64,000 nt of DNA. Origin: Calditrichota bacterium. GTDB taxonomy: Bacteria; Electryoneota; AABM5-125-24; Hatepunaeales; Hatepunaeaceae. Shown piece after piece: positions 63,461 through 64,000 of this stretch (position 1 is its first letter; the number at the start of each line of letters is the position of its first letter). Position numbers and translations under genes: made by a program. The notes beneath the pieces are model-generated. The model saw nothing but the letters and a program-made list of their open reading frames with translations. It was not told the origin of the DNA and did no database searches. Location of the stretch: positions 2,953-66,952 of the forward strand of contig VGIQ01000002.1 of NCBI GenBank assembly GCA_016867835.1, in the 5' to 3' direction.

Positions 63461-64000
63461 CTATCGGGATAATGGCCAATTACCATAATCGCGCAGTTCA
63501 TCATCCGTGAGTTCATCAGGTGCGACTAACCTGTAGTGCTTCTCATCGGAAATAGCCGGACCGTCATCGTCCACTACAAAAGTGAACAGAGCAATTAAAT
63601 TACTCTCGATGAACTGAGCTGCGATAGCGCTACATATCAAACCTGGGTATTTTTGTTCGCAAAGGGCTATATCCTGCTCTATTTGAACAATACCCAGTTG
63701 GTCTGAGCCTCCTTTCGCTTGCACTGGGAAGACATAATGCGCCCCGCGCTTGTCAACCCCCACGTATATCTCGTCAGTCTCTACTTGTCCAATACCCTCG
63801 ACTGTGGTTCTGAGGTGGCTTTGAAGGGAGTAGCAAGCAACGCCTGTGAATACATCAATTAGCCTGTTATACCGTATCTTGGTAAGGAGAGCCTGTTCAT
63901 CACCTATCGAATACCTCGCTACTATTCCCGGAGTAGAGTCAGGAATCTTGGTTACCGCAAGTGATATATTCGGCGTAATTCTCGGGGCAGAGGTGAGCGC
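63461..64000 (-). CDS. C-terminal part of a low-GC gene of unknown function (possible nuclease-like fold). The N-terminus lies beyond the window.
   Basis: The minus-strand frame is open from the window end down to the stop at ~63461. It reads ...IPDSTPGIVARYSIGDEQALLTKIRYNRLIDVFTGVACYSLQSHLRTTVEGIGQVETDEIYVGVDKRGAHYVFPVQAKGG...GNWPLSR. The track lists only the internal 63461..63763 piece. GC is ~48%. I have no confident family assignment. Confidence 0.35.
   Translation of the reverse strand, partial: ALTSAPRITPNISLAVTKIPDSTPGIVARYSIGDEQALLTKIRYNRLIDVFTGVACYSLQSHLRTTVEGIGQVETDEIYVGVDKRGAHYVFPVQAKGGSDQLGIVQIEQDIALCEQKYPGLICSAIAAQFIESNLIALFTFVVDDDGPAISDEKHYRLVAPDELTDDELRDYGNWPLSR

Overview
This is high-GC (~65%) bacterial DNA, with nearly all genes on the minus strand up to ~46 kb. 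Several large secreted proteins end in type-IX-secretion (T9SS) C-terminal sorting domains (PNPFN...hydrophobic...VxxVLxR/K). Together with SBBP-type beta-propeller repeats and a GWxTD domain, this points to an FCB-superphylum organism (Gemmatimonadota-like or a candidate phylum). No T9SS core genes are present in the window.

Contents in order:
- 1-10.7 kb: a surface-polysaccharide (O-antigen/EPS-type) biosynthesis cluster. It has a WbaP-like initiating transferase (truncated at the window edge), GT9, GT2 and GT4 glycosyltransferases, a Wzx-like flippase, a Wzy-like polymerase/ligase, a Wzz-like co-polymerase, a putative outer-membrane protein and rfbB, with tightly overlapping start and stop codons.
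- 10.9-12.7 kb: a stand-alone CheY-like receiver gene and an aldehyde dehydrogenase.
- 12.8-34.8 kb: four consecutive secreted T9SS-cargo genes of 1928, 366, 2916 and 1860 aa. They are built from Ig-like choice-of-anchor-D-type domains, cadherin-like xNDxP repeats, carboxypeptidase-regulatory-like domains and lectin-like domains. They also share an apparently uncharacterised ~110-aa module, repeated 4x, 2x, degenerate, and 4x across the four genes.
- 34.9-37.1 kb: a peroxiredoxin / rubrerythrin-like / nitronate-monooxygenase-like oxidative-stress operon with a repeated palindromic operator.
- 37.1-42.5 kb: a C25-like protease with a T9SS CTD behind a low-GC repeat-rich upstream region, an orphan ABC ATPase, and a GWxTD-domain protein.
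- 42.5-50.9 kb: smc, gyrA, a small DUF4926-like gene and tyrS.
- 51.0-51.5 kb: an array of 14 homogeneous 34-bp hairpin repeats.
- 51.5-58.2 kb: three more T9SS cargo genes (GH26-like hydrolase, a protein of 6 tandem CarbopepD-regulatory-like domains, and an SBBP-propeller/Ig protein), plus a small secreted protein.
- 58.6-64.0 kb: a high-GC SbcC/YhaN-like ATPase and SbcD/YhaO-like nuclease pair. They are separated by, and flanked upstream by, two conspicuously low-GC genes. One of these encodes a HARE-HTH plus putative nuclease-like protein.

No rRNA, tRNA or CRISPR genes were recognised. Coordinates I derived by hand-counting may be off by 1-2 nt in places.
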